From positions 1 to 64,000 of the forward strand of contig CAZCME010000017.1 of the NCBI GenBank assembly GCA_964499705.1: DNA of 64,000 nt. The letters are read 5' to 3'. Shown in pieces: positions 28,210-37,648 of this stretch; within the stretch, counting starts at the first letter, position 1, and each line of letters begins with the position of its first letter. The position numbers were made by a program, and so were the translations under genes. The notes beneath the pieces are model-generated. The model saw nothing but the letters and a program-made list of their open reading frames with translations. It was not told where the DNA came from and ran no database searches. This DNA comes from an uncultured bacterium (lineage in GTDB: Bacteria > UBA8481).

Positions 28210-29526
28210 TTATGATGCAACTTTGTCGTCCCGGTTCGGCTCGACGACCAGCCGATCGGGATTGTCCTGCACCTTCGTCACCCTGACGGAGACCCCCTTA
28301 TCGATCCTGCCGGATTCGCTCCGCACCTGCCAGAGCGCTCCATCGATGAAGGCCATGCCTTCTTCCTCGATATCCGTCTTCGCGGTTCCCGTCATCCCCA
28401 CGAGCGACGGCATTCCCATGCGCTGGGGCGAACCGAGCGCGCGGGCGGTCAGGGCGAGGAAGAAGAACATCGTGCCGACGATGGCCACGATGAGCGGCAG
28501 GACGACGCCGAACTTGATCTGCTGCACGGCGCCATAGTATTTTCCCGCGTCCACGAGGACAAAGGATCCCAGAACGAGGGCGGTCGCTCCGCCGATCGTT
28601 AATAGGCCATGCGACTGGATCTTCAGTTCGAGAACAAGCATGACGAGGCCGAGGAGCAGCAGGAGAATTCCGCCCAGGTGGATCGGCAGGGCCGAGAGGG
28701 ACAGGAGCCCGAGGATGAGACAGATGGAGCCGACGATGGCTCCGAGTCCGACGCCCGGGCTCCCGAATTCGTAGATGAGCCCCATGACCCCGAGCGTCAT
28801 CAGGATATAGGCGACGCTCGGATTCGCGATGGCATCGAGAAATTCCTCCGTCCTCGACAGCGGCAGTTCCACGATCGCGGCGCCCGCGGTCGTGATGGTG
28901 TCATGCCGGTTCTCATGATCGATGTAGTAGCCGTCCAGTTTCCCCAGGAGATCCTGGAAGTCGCCGGCGAGGATCTCGATCACCTTCGTCTCCTTCGCGG
29001 CTTCCGCCGTCAGGTTCATCGACGATTTCACGGCCTGCTCCGCGAAGTGCACGTTCCTGTTCCGGCGTTCCGCGAGCGACCTGGACTGGGAGACGAGAAC
29101 GTTGACGATCTTCTCCTCCATCGGCCCCTCGATCTTCTCGCCCTGGCCGCCGACCGGATGCGCGGAGCCGATCGTCGTCCCGGGAACCATCGCCGCGACA
29201 TCGCCTGCCTGGACGATGAACGTCCCCGCCGATGTCGCCATCGCCGCCTGCGGCTCCACGAACGTGACGACCGGCACAGGCGAGTTCACCATCAGCCCGA
29301 TGATCTTCTCCGTCGAATCCACAAGCCCGCCCGGGGTATTGATGGAGATGATGACGAGCCGCGCGCCTTCGTCTTTCGCCCGCTGCATGGCGTTCTCCAT
29401 GTAACGCGCCTTGATGGGATTGATGACGCCGGTGAGATGGAGATGAAAGATGGGACCGTCGGGAAGACTGAGCGCCGGCTGAAGAAGCAGGAAAAATCCC
29501 AGCACAAACGAAATTCTCATGAGCAT
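28210..29526 (-). CDS. nfeD: NfeD-family membrane-bound ClpP-class protease (long form)
   Basis: INTPGGL and ATSAG (Ser) motifs, TM bundle, C-terminal OB fold (GMTGTA...IDGALW); upstream of stomatin. Start at 29526 or 29520; extended -10 TGCTACACT at 29545-29553. Confidence 0.9.
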   Translation of the reverse strand: MLMRISFVLGFFLLLQPALSLPDGPIFHLHLTGVINPIKARYMENAMQRAKDEGARLVIISINTPGGLVDSTEKIIGLMVNSPVPVVTFVEPQAAMATSAGTFIVQAGDVAAMVPGTTIGSAHPVGGQGEKIEGPMEEKIVNVLVSQSRSLAERRNRNVHFAEQAVKSSMNLTAEAAKETKVIEILAGDFQDLLGKLDGYYIDHENRHDTITTAGAAIVELPLSRTEEFLDAIANPSVAYILMTLGVMGLIYEFGSPGVGLGAIVGSICLILGLLSLSALPIHLGGILLLLLGLVMLVLELKIQSHGLLTIGGATALVLGSFVLVDAGKYYGAVQQIKFGVVLPLIVAIVGTMFFFLALTARALGSPQRMGMPSLVGMTGTAKTDIEEEGMAFIDGALWQVRSESGRIDKGVSVRVTKVQDNPDRLVVEPNRDDKVAS

Positions 29527-29574
29527 CCTGGTTCGCACGAGCTGAGTGTAGCACGAAAAACGCAAATGCCATGG

Positions 29575-29616
29575 AAATCCTAAATTGGGATTTAAGATTC
29601 CGGATTCCGGATTTAA
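29575..29616. repeat. Heptamer tandem array (GATTTAA/GATTCCG x4) with a short inverted arm
   Basis: GATTTAA GATTCCG GATTCCG GATTTAA preceded by AAATCCTAAAT; the cyclase stop codon lies in the last unit. Confidence 0.6.
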
Positions 29617-31244
29617 TCGTGTTTCAGCAGAAACTCCGACAGCGGCGGAGGATCCTGCTGGAAGTAGACGCGGTAGCGGCGCTTGAAGGCGGGGGGGGGA
29701 TTTTCGCCGTTGCCGTTCAGCAGGTTCGGAACAATTCCCTTGGCGAAGAACATGTCGAGTTCCTTCTTCTCCTTCGTCAGGACTTTCCCCCGCGCCTCGC
29801 ATTCGATGAAGTCCTTCACGCGGATGTAGGTCCGCTCCGAGATGTTCACTTTCATCGGCTCGCTCGAAGATTCCATCCGCGAGGCGTAATTGACGGTATC
29901 GCCCCAGATGTCGAAAGCGAATTTCCTCGTGCCCACGACGCCGGCGATGACGGAGCCTGTGTGGACGCCGATCCGGACCTCCCATTTCGCCGGAGCATCT
30001 TTCCTGTTGTGCTCCTCGACGGCGCGTGCCATCTCCAGGGCGGCCAGGACGACGTCGACGGGGTGCGATGGTTTCCGGTCCGGAATTCCGCCGGCGCACA
30101 TGTAGGAATCGCCGATCGTCTTGATCTTCTCGATGCCGTACCGCTTCACGATCTCGTCAAAAGCGGAGAAGTGCTCATGAAGCATGTACACCAGTTCCTC
30201 GGCGGCTAGCTTCTCGGTCGCCAGGGTAAATCCCCGGAAATCCGTGAAGAGAATCGTGACGTCCTCGAAATACTTCGGCTCGACCTGCCCCGACGTCTGG
30301 AGCTCCTCGGCAACCTGGACCGGGAGAATGTTCAGAAGCAGCGACATCGCCATCTCCTGCTGCTTCTCCACTTCCTTCTTCCCTCGATCGAGCTCGACGT
30401 TGGCTTCGGTCAACTGGTTGTGAGCGGCCAGGAGCTTATCGGCCATGTCGTTGAAGGATTTCGCGAGGTCGCCGAGCTCGTCCTTGTTCGCAAGCTTCAA
30501 GCGCATCTCGAGCTGTCCGCTCCCCAGGGCCGCCGCTCCCGCTTCCAGCTCGGACAGCCCCCGGGTCAGATACCGCGAGACGTGAAAGGCAACGACGACG
30601 GCGACCAGGAGCGACGCAAGGAAGATTCCGACCGTCAGAGCCTTGGTGACCGAGGAGACGGAGGTGTAATTCTGCGTGGCGATCTGCGCCTGAGACCTTT
30701 CGAATTCTTCGAGCTCGGGCAGGAGCGTCTCCCGGACATACTGACTGAGCGGTTCGGCGGTGACGGACAACTCGGTGATCGCGCGCGTGACGGAATCGGA
30801 GTTCGAGCCGAAATTCTCATGGACGATGAGCCAGGATGCGGCGAGCTGGGCGCATGATTCCGACAGGTTGCGGACCGGCCCCTGCGCGTCCACGTTGGAT
30901 ATCCGGATGATCGCGGCGAGCTTGGAGTCTAGTTCCTGCAGTTGGCCTCGGAACCTGGATTGTTCGAGTTTCTCCGCTTCCGAAGGCGCGCCCTCGTCCG
31001 ATTCCGCCTCCCCTCCCGCGATCACGGTGGCGCTGAAGACATTTCCCGTCAGCGTCACCTGCTTATGGATGTCGTTGATGTCCTCGCCGACGTTGGCGAT
31101 GAGGAGCTGGCGGTCCTTGGCGCGCTGGAGCGCCTCGACGGCACCGGAGAGCCGGGCGCTGGCGACGAAATAGATGGCGAGGTTCAGACCGAAGAGAAAG
31201 AGTATGGAGAGGAAAGCGTAGACAAGCCGCCGTCGTATGGTCAA
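29613..31244 (-). CDS. Membrane class III adenylate cyclase (TM-sensor-TM-HAMP-cyclase)
   Basis: FTDFRGFT, KIKTIGDSYM and FDIWGDTVNYASRMES, with Lys/Asp ATP-specifying residues; HAMP DELGDLAKSFN. TTG start at 31244 (MTIRRRL) is supported by the paralog starting at 52067. Confidence 0.9.
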   Translation of the reverse strand: MTIRRRLVYAFLSILFLFGLNLAIYFVASARLSGAVEALQRAKDRQLLIANVGEDINDIHKQVTLTGNVFSATVIAGGEAESDEGAPSEAEKLEQSRFRGQLQELDSKLAAIIRISNVDAQGPVRNLSESCAQLAASWLIVHENFGSNSDSVTRAITELSVTAEPLSQYVRETLLPELEEFERSQAQIATQNYTSVSSVTKALTVGIFLASLLVAVVVAFHVSRYLTRGLSELEAGAAALGSGQLEMRLKLANKDELGDLAKSFNDMADKLLAAHNQLTEANVELDRGKKEVEKQQEMAMSLLLNILPVQVAEELQTSGQVEPKYFEDVTILFTDFRGFTLATEKLAAEELVYMLHEHFSAFDEIVKRYGIEKIKTIGDSYMCAGGIPDRKPSHPVDVVLAALEMARAVEEHNRKDAPAKWEVRIGVHTGSVIAGVVGTRKFAFDIWGDTVNYASRMESSSEPMKVNISERTYIRVKDFIECEARGKVLTKEKKELDMFFAKGIVPNLLNGNGENPPPAFKRRYRVYFQQDPPPLSEFLLKHD

Positions 31245-31252
31245 CAGCCGGC

Positions 31253-31732
31253 CTAGTAGGTCAGCCGATAACCGCCGTCGCCGGGCTTCTTGCCATCCAC
31301 CTTGAGCACCTTGAATCCAGGCGGCACATCCGCGGAAGCGACGAGAGCAATGCTGCCCGGGATCGCCTTGACGAGATCGCACGCCATCTTGTTCGACGTG
31401 ACGATCTTGGGGCCCGACGTGGCTTCCGCCCGGAAGACCTTGGCGATCCAGTACTGCTTGTACTGAGCCTCGCTCATCTGGTAGATCTTATCCAGTAGCA
31501 CGGTTCGCTCCGGAGCCTTCGCCGCGCGCACAAGGAGCGTCACGCGCTGGTTGTTGCCCTCCCAGAATTGTTTGTCGCCGAGAAGAATTCTACGCAGGTC
31601 ATCGAAGGAAATATTTTCAGCGGAAACCTTGGAGTTGACGACAACCGATACGCTCGAACCCGATTCCACATGCCCCGGTAACGCGATGACAAACGCGAAG
31701 AGAAGGAGAGTAGATGCAAGAATCTGTCGCAT
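31253..31732 (-). CDS. Small periplasmic PBP-like protein (single-lobe, phosphate-ABC substrate-binding-like)
   Basis: Signal peptide; VSVVVN...DDLRRILLG.KQFW and VKAIPGSIALV...KVL motifs. Start could be 31744. Confidence 0.75.
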   Translation of the reverse strand: MRQILASTLLLFAFVIALPGHVESGSSVSVVVNSKVSAENISFDDLRRILLGDKQFWEGNNQRVTLLVRAAKAPERTVLLDKIYQMSEAQYKQYWIAKVFRAEATSGPKIVTSNKMACDLVKAIPGSIALVASADVPPGFKVLKVDGKKPGDGGYRLTY

Positions 31733-31754
31733 GGTCGAGGACATTATAGCACGA

Positions 31755-32897
31755 TCAGAACGCATAGGAGATCTGCGCGTTGAAGGAATTTACGTAAGGC
31801 TCCTGCGTGACGCTCGTCGTCCTCTGCCGCCGATATTCGCCCTTGATCGCGAGGAGTTCCGCGAAGTCCCAGCGGACGCCCAGCAGGTAGCCCTTCCGGC
31901 TGAACATCGTGGATGTGTAGACCGGATCCAGCAGATCGGTCTTGATGTTCTCGTAGCGGGCGTAGGGCTTGTATTTCTCGTCCCACCACGGCAGGCGATA
32001 GGCCACCTGGACGTAATAGGCATGGCTGTTCGATGTGCGGTTCGTCAGGAGATCGCGGTGATCGATGTTGGCGTACTCCGCGATGACCTCGGGTCGCTCC
32101 CTGGTCCAGGCGACATGCGCCGCCGTGATCATCTCCCGGTGATTCCGGGTCGTCGCCGGCGTGGTGCCGATCGTCAGCTTGTCGCGATAGACGGATCCGC
32201 CGACCTGGAGAGGATAGAACCGGTCGGGGCGGACGAAGACCGTCGCCAGGAGCGCGCGGTTGTTGTTGAAGTCGAAGGCATCGCCGCCCTGCGTAATCGT
32301 CTGCTCGCGGCCGTTGCCGACGCCCAGTTGATAATTCAGGTTCCAGCCATGGGCCGGAACGGATCCTTCGAGGAGCCCTCCGACGAAATGCACCGGGATG
32401 AGCGCTCCGCCGAAGCGCGTCATGTCGGGACGGCTGATGGATGTCTGGAGCCACTGACCGTGGTGGAAGGCGGTGTTCCAGTAATTGATCGGAGCATGGT
32501 ATCGGCCGAAGGAGAGCTTGATCATATTGTTGTGATCGTACTTGATGATGGACCGCTCGACCGTTGGAGTGAAGACTCCGGCGTTCCGCGCCGTGAGGCT
32601 CAGTTCACCGAAAAAACTGAGGCGCGAAGAGAGTTCCGACGTGAAATGAAGGACGAACTGCCCTTCGCTGAATCCGCCATTGGAGAGCTGTCCGGGGCTG
32701 TCCGAGACGCCGAAGTTGATGTCGGTGAAGCCGCCGATCTTCAGGTTGGGGTAGGTCTGCTCCGGCATTTCCGTTTCCTCGGCAGCTGCTTCATCCGAGG
32801 AGGGCTCCTGCGCCCATGAACCGGCCGAACCGAAAATCCCCATGAACAGGCCGAAAAGGGCAAGCCAGACAATGCGAGTGCGTGTCATCACAGGCAT
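31755..32897 (-). CDS. Outer-membrane porin-like beta-barrel
   Basis: Signal peptide; IGGFTDI, ER..IKY, GRYHAPINYWN and KGEY motifs; C-terminal beta-signal QISYAF. Confidence 0.8.
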   Translation of the reverse strand: MPVMTRTRIVWLALFGLFMGIFGSAGSWAQEPSSDEAAAEETEMPEQTYPNLKIGGFTDINFGVSDSPGQLSNGGFSEGQFVLHFTSELSSRLSFFGELSLTARNAGVFTPTVERSIIKYDHNNMIKLSFGRYHAPINYWNTAFHHGQWLQTSISRPDMTRFGGALIPVHFVGGLLEGSVPAHGWNLNYQLGVGNGREQTITQGGDAFDFNNNRALLATVFVRPDRFYPLQVGGSVYRDKLTIGTTPATTRNHREMITAAHVAWTRERPEVIAEYANIDHRDLLTNRTSNSHAYYVQVAYRLPWWDEKYKPYARYENIKTDLLDPVYTSTMFSRKGYLLGVRWDFAELLAIKGEYRRQRTTSVTQEPYVNSFNAQISYAF

Positions 32898-32932
32898 ATT
32901 TTGTGATTACTGGCACGGCGTCAACAATAAAA

Positions 32933-33409
32933 CTAGGGATTTTTTGCCGGAATGATGATGTTCAGGGGGGACGTATCCCGTCCTCCCGGGCCCAGGAGGG
33001 CGTCGAAATCACGCCCGGAATATTCCTTCTGGTCCGTCAGCAACGAGGCAGGCCGGCCGGCTCGAAAGAGAAGCTGGACCATCGGGCGATGCGGAGGCGT
33101 AATTTCCACCACGGTGAAATCTCTCTTCATGGCTTCCGCCGGGATCACCACCATTCCTGCGGTGTCCGATTTCATCATCGTCCGGCGGGCTATGGAACAG
33201 CAGCGAGGATCGATGTAGCGACCTCGGATGATGATAAGTGTCGAGTGGTTCCAGCCCTTGGAGGCGATAGCCGCGCCGACGATCGGCTCTTGCGTGACGG
33301 GATCGATGATCCGGAGCGTTCGGGCGGAATATTCAACAGCGCCGCCTGCCGGCAGGCCAAGAAAGATCAGAGCCGCGACGACAACAAGGGTGGCTTTTTT
33401 CATCGGCAA
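32933..33409 (-). CDS. Hypothetical secreted protein
   Basis: Signal peptide (MKKATLVV...); IIDPVTQEPIVGA resembles a carboxypeptidase-regulatory-like beta domain start. Confidence 0.5.
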   Translation of the reverse strand: MPMKKATLVVVAALIFLGLPAGGAVEYSARTLRIIDPVTQEPIVGAAIASKGWNHSTLIIIRGRYIDPRCCSIARRTMMKSDTAGMVVIPAEAMKRDFTVVEITPPHRPMVQLLFRAGRPASLLTDQKEYSGRDFDALLGPGGRDTSPLNIIIPAKNP

Positions 33410-33427
33410 AAGTGTATCACCTTTCGG

Positions 33428-33456
33428 TTGTCAGAAGGCAGGCGGAAGGCTATAAT
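33428..33456 (+). promoter_or_regulatory. Near-consensus sigma70 promoter for the ferredoxin (possibly also polA)
   Basis: TTGTCA-N17-TATAAT; GGAGG SD at 33488. Confidence 0.7.
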
Positions 33457-33504
33457 TCTAATTCGTACTGAATTTGTCCTTATATACGGAGGTTACTTTT
33501 AGTC

Positions 33505-33735
33505 ATGTCAAATGCCGCTGAAAGCTGGGAAGACAACGCCACCGGCTCCTGGTATGTCGATAAATCCTGCATTCTCTGCAGCCTGTGTGTTCAACTCGCC
33601 CCCAACAATTTCAAGGAATCCGACGCGGGCGATCACGATTTCGTCTACAAGCAGCCTGATACCGAAGATGAGCTCGCGCAATGCGAGGAAGCCAAGATCC
33701 AGTGTCCCGTGGAAGCGATCGGCAGCGATCGGTAA
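33505..33735 (+). CDS. Ferredoxin (single Fe-S cluster type)
   Basis: YVD..CILCSLC...AP and CPVEAIG motifs; SD present. Confidence 0.9.
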   Translation: MSNAAESWEDNATGSWYVDKSCILCSLCVQLAPNNFKESDAGDHDFVYKQPDTEDELAQCEEAKIQCPVEAIGSDR

Positions 33736-33759
33736 CCCGGTCGAAAACATTCTTCATCC

Positions 33760-33830
33760 GTCATTGTTCATTGTTCATTAATCACTAAAATCAAGGTCAA
33801 CTGCCCCATGAACAATGACTGATGAACAAT
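33760..33830. repeat. Heptamer array with inverted copy upstream of polA
   Basis: TCATTGT TCATTGT TCATTAA TCACTAA; 12-bp inverted repeat GTCATTGTTCAT / ATGAACAATGAC. The polA start ATGAACAAT is another unit. Confidence 0.7.
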
Positions 33831-36542
33831 CTCTTCTTTCTCATCGACGGCCACGCCCTCGTCTACCGCGCCTACTACGCCATTCCGAATCTCACGGGAC
33901 CTGACGGCAAACCGACCGGAGCGATCCTCGGATTCCTGCGCAAAATCCTGAAAGTCTGCCGCGAAGAAAAGCCCGGTTCGCTCGCCATCATTTTCGACGC
34001 GCCGGGGCCGACATTCCGGGACGAGCTGAGCGCGGACTACAAGGCAACGCGCCAGGCGATGCCGGAAGATCTCTCGCACCAGATCGGCGTGATTCTCAAT
34101 CTTCTCCCCATGCTCGGTTGCCGCGTCCTCTCCATCCCCGGGTTCGAAGCGGACGACGTCATCGCCACGATCGCCGTGCGCGCGGCCTCCGAAGAAGGAT
34201 GCGACGTCCGGATTCTCTCCGGCGACAAGGATCTCGCCGCTCTCGTCGGCACCGTCGGATCCGGATCGGTCACGGTCCTCGCGCCGTCGCGGGATCTCGA
34301 TACGGAGCGGATTCTCGACAGCGCCGGCGTCCGGGAGAAGTTCGGCGTCACTCCCGGGCAGATCCCGGATTACCTGGCTCTCCTCGGAGACTCCTCCGAC
34401 AATATCGCGGGCGTACCGGGCGTCGGAGCCAAGACCGCGGCGAAACTGTTGAACGAACACGGTTCGATCGAAGGGATCCTGGCCGCGACAGACAAGTTGA
34501 CGCCGAAGATCAGGGAGGCCTTCGAGAAGAACGGCGAGACTCTTGCGCTCGCCCGGAAGCTCGTCGCGCTCCGCAGGGACGTTCCTTTGCCCGACGATTC
34601 GCCGGCCCGATCCTTCGCAACCCGCATCAAGCCGACACCCGAGGCTCTCGCCGTCTTCGATCAACTGGGTTTCAAGACCATCCGGAAAGAATACGAAGAC
34701 CTGTCGCTTGATGAGGGAACAGCATCGACCTCGACCGAACAGGAATCGTTAGCTCCCCAATCTTCGCTCGCGGTTCCCCGCCCGCTCATCCTCGACTCGG
34801 CCACGTTATCCGGCTATCTCGAACGAGCCTCCACAAGGCTCACCGCGTTCGACACGGAAACGACCGCGCTGGCGCCGCACGACGCGGAGCTGGTCGGTGT
34901 CTCGTTCGCGCCCGAAGGGATGGATCCGGCCTATCTGCCGCTGTCCCATTCCGAAGGCATGACATTCTTCGGAGAAGTCTCCCTGCCCACGCTGAAGAAA
35001 TACCTCGAGGACGAATCGGCGAAGAAGTGCGGTCACAACGTGAAGTTCGACCTCCAGATGATCCGCGCGGCCGGCATCACCGGGCGCGGATTCGCTTTCG
35101 ACACCATGATCGCCGCGGCGCTCCTGAATCCTCTCCGCCGGTCCCATTCGCTCGATGCGCTTGCTCTCGAATTCTTCCAGCTCCGCAAGATCTCCTTCGA
35201 CGAGATCGCGCCCGATGGGAATTTTCGCGCGGTCTCCGTCGAGCGCGCCGCCGAATATTCCGGGGAGGACGCGTTCGTCACGCTGGAGCTGTACAAGCTC
35301 CTGGCGCGCCAGCTGGACGAAGCTCCCCATCTCCGGAAAGTCTACCGCGAAATCGAGCATCCGCTCATCGAGGTCCTGGCCGACATGGAATGGCGCGGCA
35401 TTCACGTCGACAGCGCGCGGCTCGACGCGCTCGCCGGCGATTTCCACAAGGAGCTCGACGCCCTGCGGGATCTTGCCATGACGACCGCGGGAGAAGAGTT
35501 CAACCCGGATTCGCCGAAGCAGGTGGCCGTCATTCTCTTCGAGAAATTGAAACTCCCCACTGTCCGCAAAACGAAGACCGGATTCTCCACCGACCAGGAA
35601 ACCCTGGAGGAACTCCGCGCGCATCACGAGCTTCCGGGAATTCTCCTGGAGTACCGCGAAGTCGCCAAGCTCCTGAACACCTACGTCGAAGCGCTTCCCC
35701 AGCTGATCAACGCGAAGACGGGGCGGCTCCACACGAACTTCTCGCAGGCCCGGACCGCGACCGGGCGCCTCGCCTCCATCAATCCCAACCTGCAGAACAT
35801 CCCGGTCCGCTCCGATCGGGGCCGGACGATCCGCGCCGCGTTCACCGCGCCGAGCGGCCGGGCGCTTGTCGCCGCCGACTATGCGCAGATCGAATTCCGG
35901 ATCGCGGCGCATTTTTCGGGGGACGAGACGCTCCTGAGGGCGTTCCGCGAGGGACTCGATCTGCATGCCGTCACGGCGGAACGGCTCTTCGGCGACGCAA
36001 AAGATCCGACGGCCCGGCGTAAAGCCAAGACCGTGAACTTCGGGATCCTTTACGGGCAGTCCGCGTTCGGCCTCGCGCGCCAGCTCGGCATTTCCCGCAA
36101 GGAAGCCGGGGAGATGATCGAAGGATACTTCTCGGCCTTCCCGAAGCTCCGCGCCTGGATGGACGGCGTGATCGAGAAGGCGCGCGACACCGGATATGTC
36201 GAGACGCTGTTCGGGAGGCGGCGCGTGATCGAGGAGATCAAGTCGAGAAATCATAATCTTCGTGCGGCGGGCGAGCGGATCGCGGTGAACACGCCGGTGC
36301 AGGGAACCGCGGCGGAAATCATCAAGCTCGCGATGGTCCGCGCTCATCAGTGTTTGTCGAAACTCGACCGTACTGGTATCGTTCTGCAGGTGCACGACGA
36401 GCTGGTCGTCGAAACGGACGCCTCGAGCGTCGCGGAAACAACGGAGACACTGAAGAACTGCATGATGAACATTTCGCCATTGGAGGAACTCCTGGAAGTG
36501 CATACCGGCTCGGGCGCCGACTGGCTCGAAGCAGGCCATTGA
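33822..36542 (+). CDS. polA: DNA polymerase I
   Basis: 5'-3' exonuclease (LIDGHALVYRAY, EADD, GDKD), 3'-5' exonuclease (FDTET), polymerase motifs ADYAQIEFR, KTVNFGILYG and QVHDEL. Confidence 0.98.
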   Translation: MNNLFFLIDGHALVYRAYYAIPNLTGPDGKPTGAILGFLRKILKVCREEKPGSLAIIFDAPGPTFRDELSADYKATRQAMPEDLSHQIGVILNLLPMLGCRVLSIPGFEADDVIATIAVRAASEEGCDVRILSGDKDLAALVGTVGSGSVTVLAPSRDLDTERILDSAGVREKFGVTPGQIPDYLALLGDSSDNIAGVPGVGAKTAAKLLNEHGSIEGILAATDKLTPKIREAFEKNGETLALARKLVALRRDVPLPDDSPARSFATRIKPTPEALAVFDQLGFKTIRKEYEDLSLDEGTASTSTEQESLAPQSSLAVPRPLILDSATLSGYLERASTRLTAFDTETTALAPHDAELVGVSFAPEGMDPAYLPLSHSEGMTFFGEVSLPTLKKYLEDESAKKCGHNVKFDLQMIRAAGITGRGFAFDTMIAAALLNPLRRSHSLDALALEFFQLRKISFDEIAPDGNFRAVSVERAAEYSGEDAFVTLELYKLLARQLDEAPHLRKVYREIEHPLIEVLADMEWRGIHVDSARLDALAGDFHKELDALRDLAMTTAGEEFNPDSPKQVAVILFEKLKLPTVRKTKTGFSTDQETLEELRAHHELPGILLEYREVAKLLNTYVEALPQLINAKTGRLHTNFSQARTATGRLASINPNLQNIPVRSDRGRTIRAAFTAPSGRALVAADYAQIEFRIAAHFSGDETLLRAFREGLDLHAVTAERLFGDAKDPTARRKAKTVNFGILYGQSAFGLARQLGISRKEAGEMIEGYFSAFPKLRAWMDGVIEKARDTGYVETLFGRRRVIEEIKSRNHNLRAAGERIAVNTPVQGTAAEIIKLAMVRAHQCLSKLDRTGIVLQVHDELVVETDASSVAETTETLKNCMMNISPLEELLEVHTGSGADWLEAGH

Positions 36543-37648
36543 TGCGCTCCCCGCTCCTTCTCGCACTCGCGATTCTGCTGCCTTGTTCGGCACACGCGCG
36601 GGAATATCACTCCTCCGAGCGCATCCACGCGCTAGTCCGCGAAGCCTCCGGCGCCTCCTCTCCCCTCGAAATCGACAGGATTCTCCGGCACGCCATCGAG
36701 GACACTTCGATCGAGCCTGCCCCGGACTCCCGCGCGTATGCGACCGTGTCCTTCGACAACTGGAATCCCCGGGCGCGGGTCTGGATCAAGGACATCGAGG
36801 CGGAATCGCTCTTTCGGGATGTGCTCCTCGACCACTTTCTCCTCGACGGCACCGCCATCGAGGGACGCGTCGACCTGGAACTGGAAATCCGCGCGGGTTC
36901 TCCGGGGACCATGAAGGGCACGATCCATCTCCGCGGAGCAAACCTCCACTGGAAGGAAGGAAATTTCGCCCTCCAGGGCGTCACGGGAAAAGTCCCCTTC
37001 GCCCGCGTGATCGGCATCGTCGCTCCGCCCCGGCTGCCCAGTTCCACCGAGAATATCACAATCGACACGATGATCTGGTCGAACCATCCGGCCGCGACGA
37101 ACCTTACGGCCGCCGCGACGTACGAGAACAACATTCTCCGGTTCGACCGGATGAAGATGAAGATCATGGGAGGCGCCGGTGTCGGCACGATCGTGATGGA
37201 TCATCGCAGCACGCGCTGGCGCATCGCAACGATGATCAAGTTCGAGAAGGTGGACCTGAAGAGACTGAACGAGCTCCTGCCCGGGCTTCCGCTCTTCGCG
37301 CGCGTGACGGAAGCGGAACTGGAAGGCCACATCGGCCTCATCTTCGAGGCGCCCAACCGGATCGCGCTCTCCGGCAAGATCAATTCGACGGGACCGGGGG
37401 TCATCGAGCTCTCGCCGAAGATGCACCAGGTTGTCCGCGGGTTCATCACGCAGCGCGTCGTGAAGTTCCAGCATCTCCAGCTTCAGCTCGGGCATGACGA
37501 CGCCGGCAATCTCGAGGCGCGCATCGATCTCTACCGGCGCACCGCGAAATCGCTCCTCGAACTCTTCCGCGGCATGCCGTTCGCGCCTCTCATGGTGACG
37601 ATCCGGATCCCGATTCTGCCTTTCGTGCAGGAACTGTCCCGGAATTGA
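36542..37648 (+). CDS. Hypothetical exported beta-rich protein (AsmA/YdbH-like)
   Basis: ATG overlaps the polA TGA; signal-like N-terminus; repeated Gly/hydrophobic beta strands. Confidence 0.55.
   Translation: MRSPLLLALAILLPCSAHAREYHSSERIHALVREASGASSPLEIDRILRHAIEDTSIEPAPDSRAYATVSFDNWNPRARVWIKDIEAESLFRDVLLDHFLLDGTAIEGRVDLELEIRAGSPGTMKGTIHLRGANLHWKEGNFALQGVTGKVPFARVIGIVAPPRLPSSTENITIDTMIWSNHPAATNLTAAATYENNILRFDRMKMKIMGGAGVGTIVMDHRSTRWRIATMIKFEKVDLKRLNELLPGLPLFARVTEAELEGHIGLIFEAPNRIALSGKINSTGPGVIELSPKMHQVVRGFITQRVVKFQHLQLQLGHDDAGNLEARIDLYRRTAKSLLELFRGMPFAPLMVTIRIPILPFVQELSRN

Noticed and set aside
29691-29699. C9 tract in the adenylate cyclase gene as a phase-variation switch
   Set aside because: It is in frame (Pro-Pro-Pro) and downstream of the catalytic domain, so slippage would alter only the last ~28 residues.
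28210-30099. 629-aa ORF-track version of nfeD and other over-extended starts (spoVS 5058, rplI 22216, cheX 43927, cyclase 31382, LTA synthase 8791, gene at 36350)
   Set aside because: The extensions overlap neighbouring genes and read as non-coding; downstream starts have an SD or a stop/start overlap.
34806-36593. Long antisense ORFs (e.g. 595 aa opposite polA, 745 aa opposite sufDC, 622 and 615 aa opposite the MFS-HEAT and secretin genes, 463 aa opposite rarA)
   Set aside because: Shadow ORFs expected from high-GC codon bias; they have no recognisable motifs and fully overlap well-supported genes.
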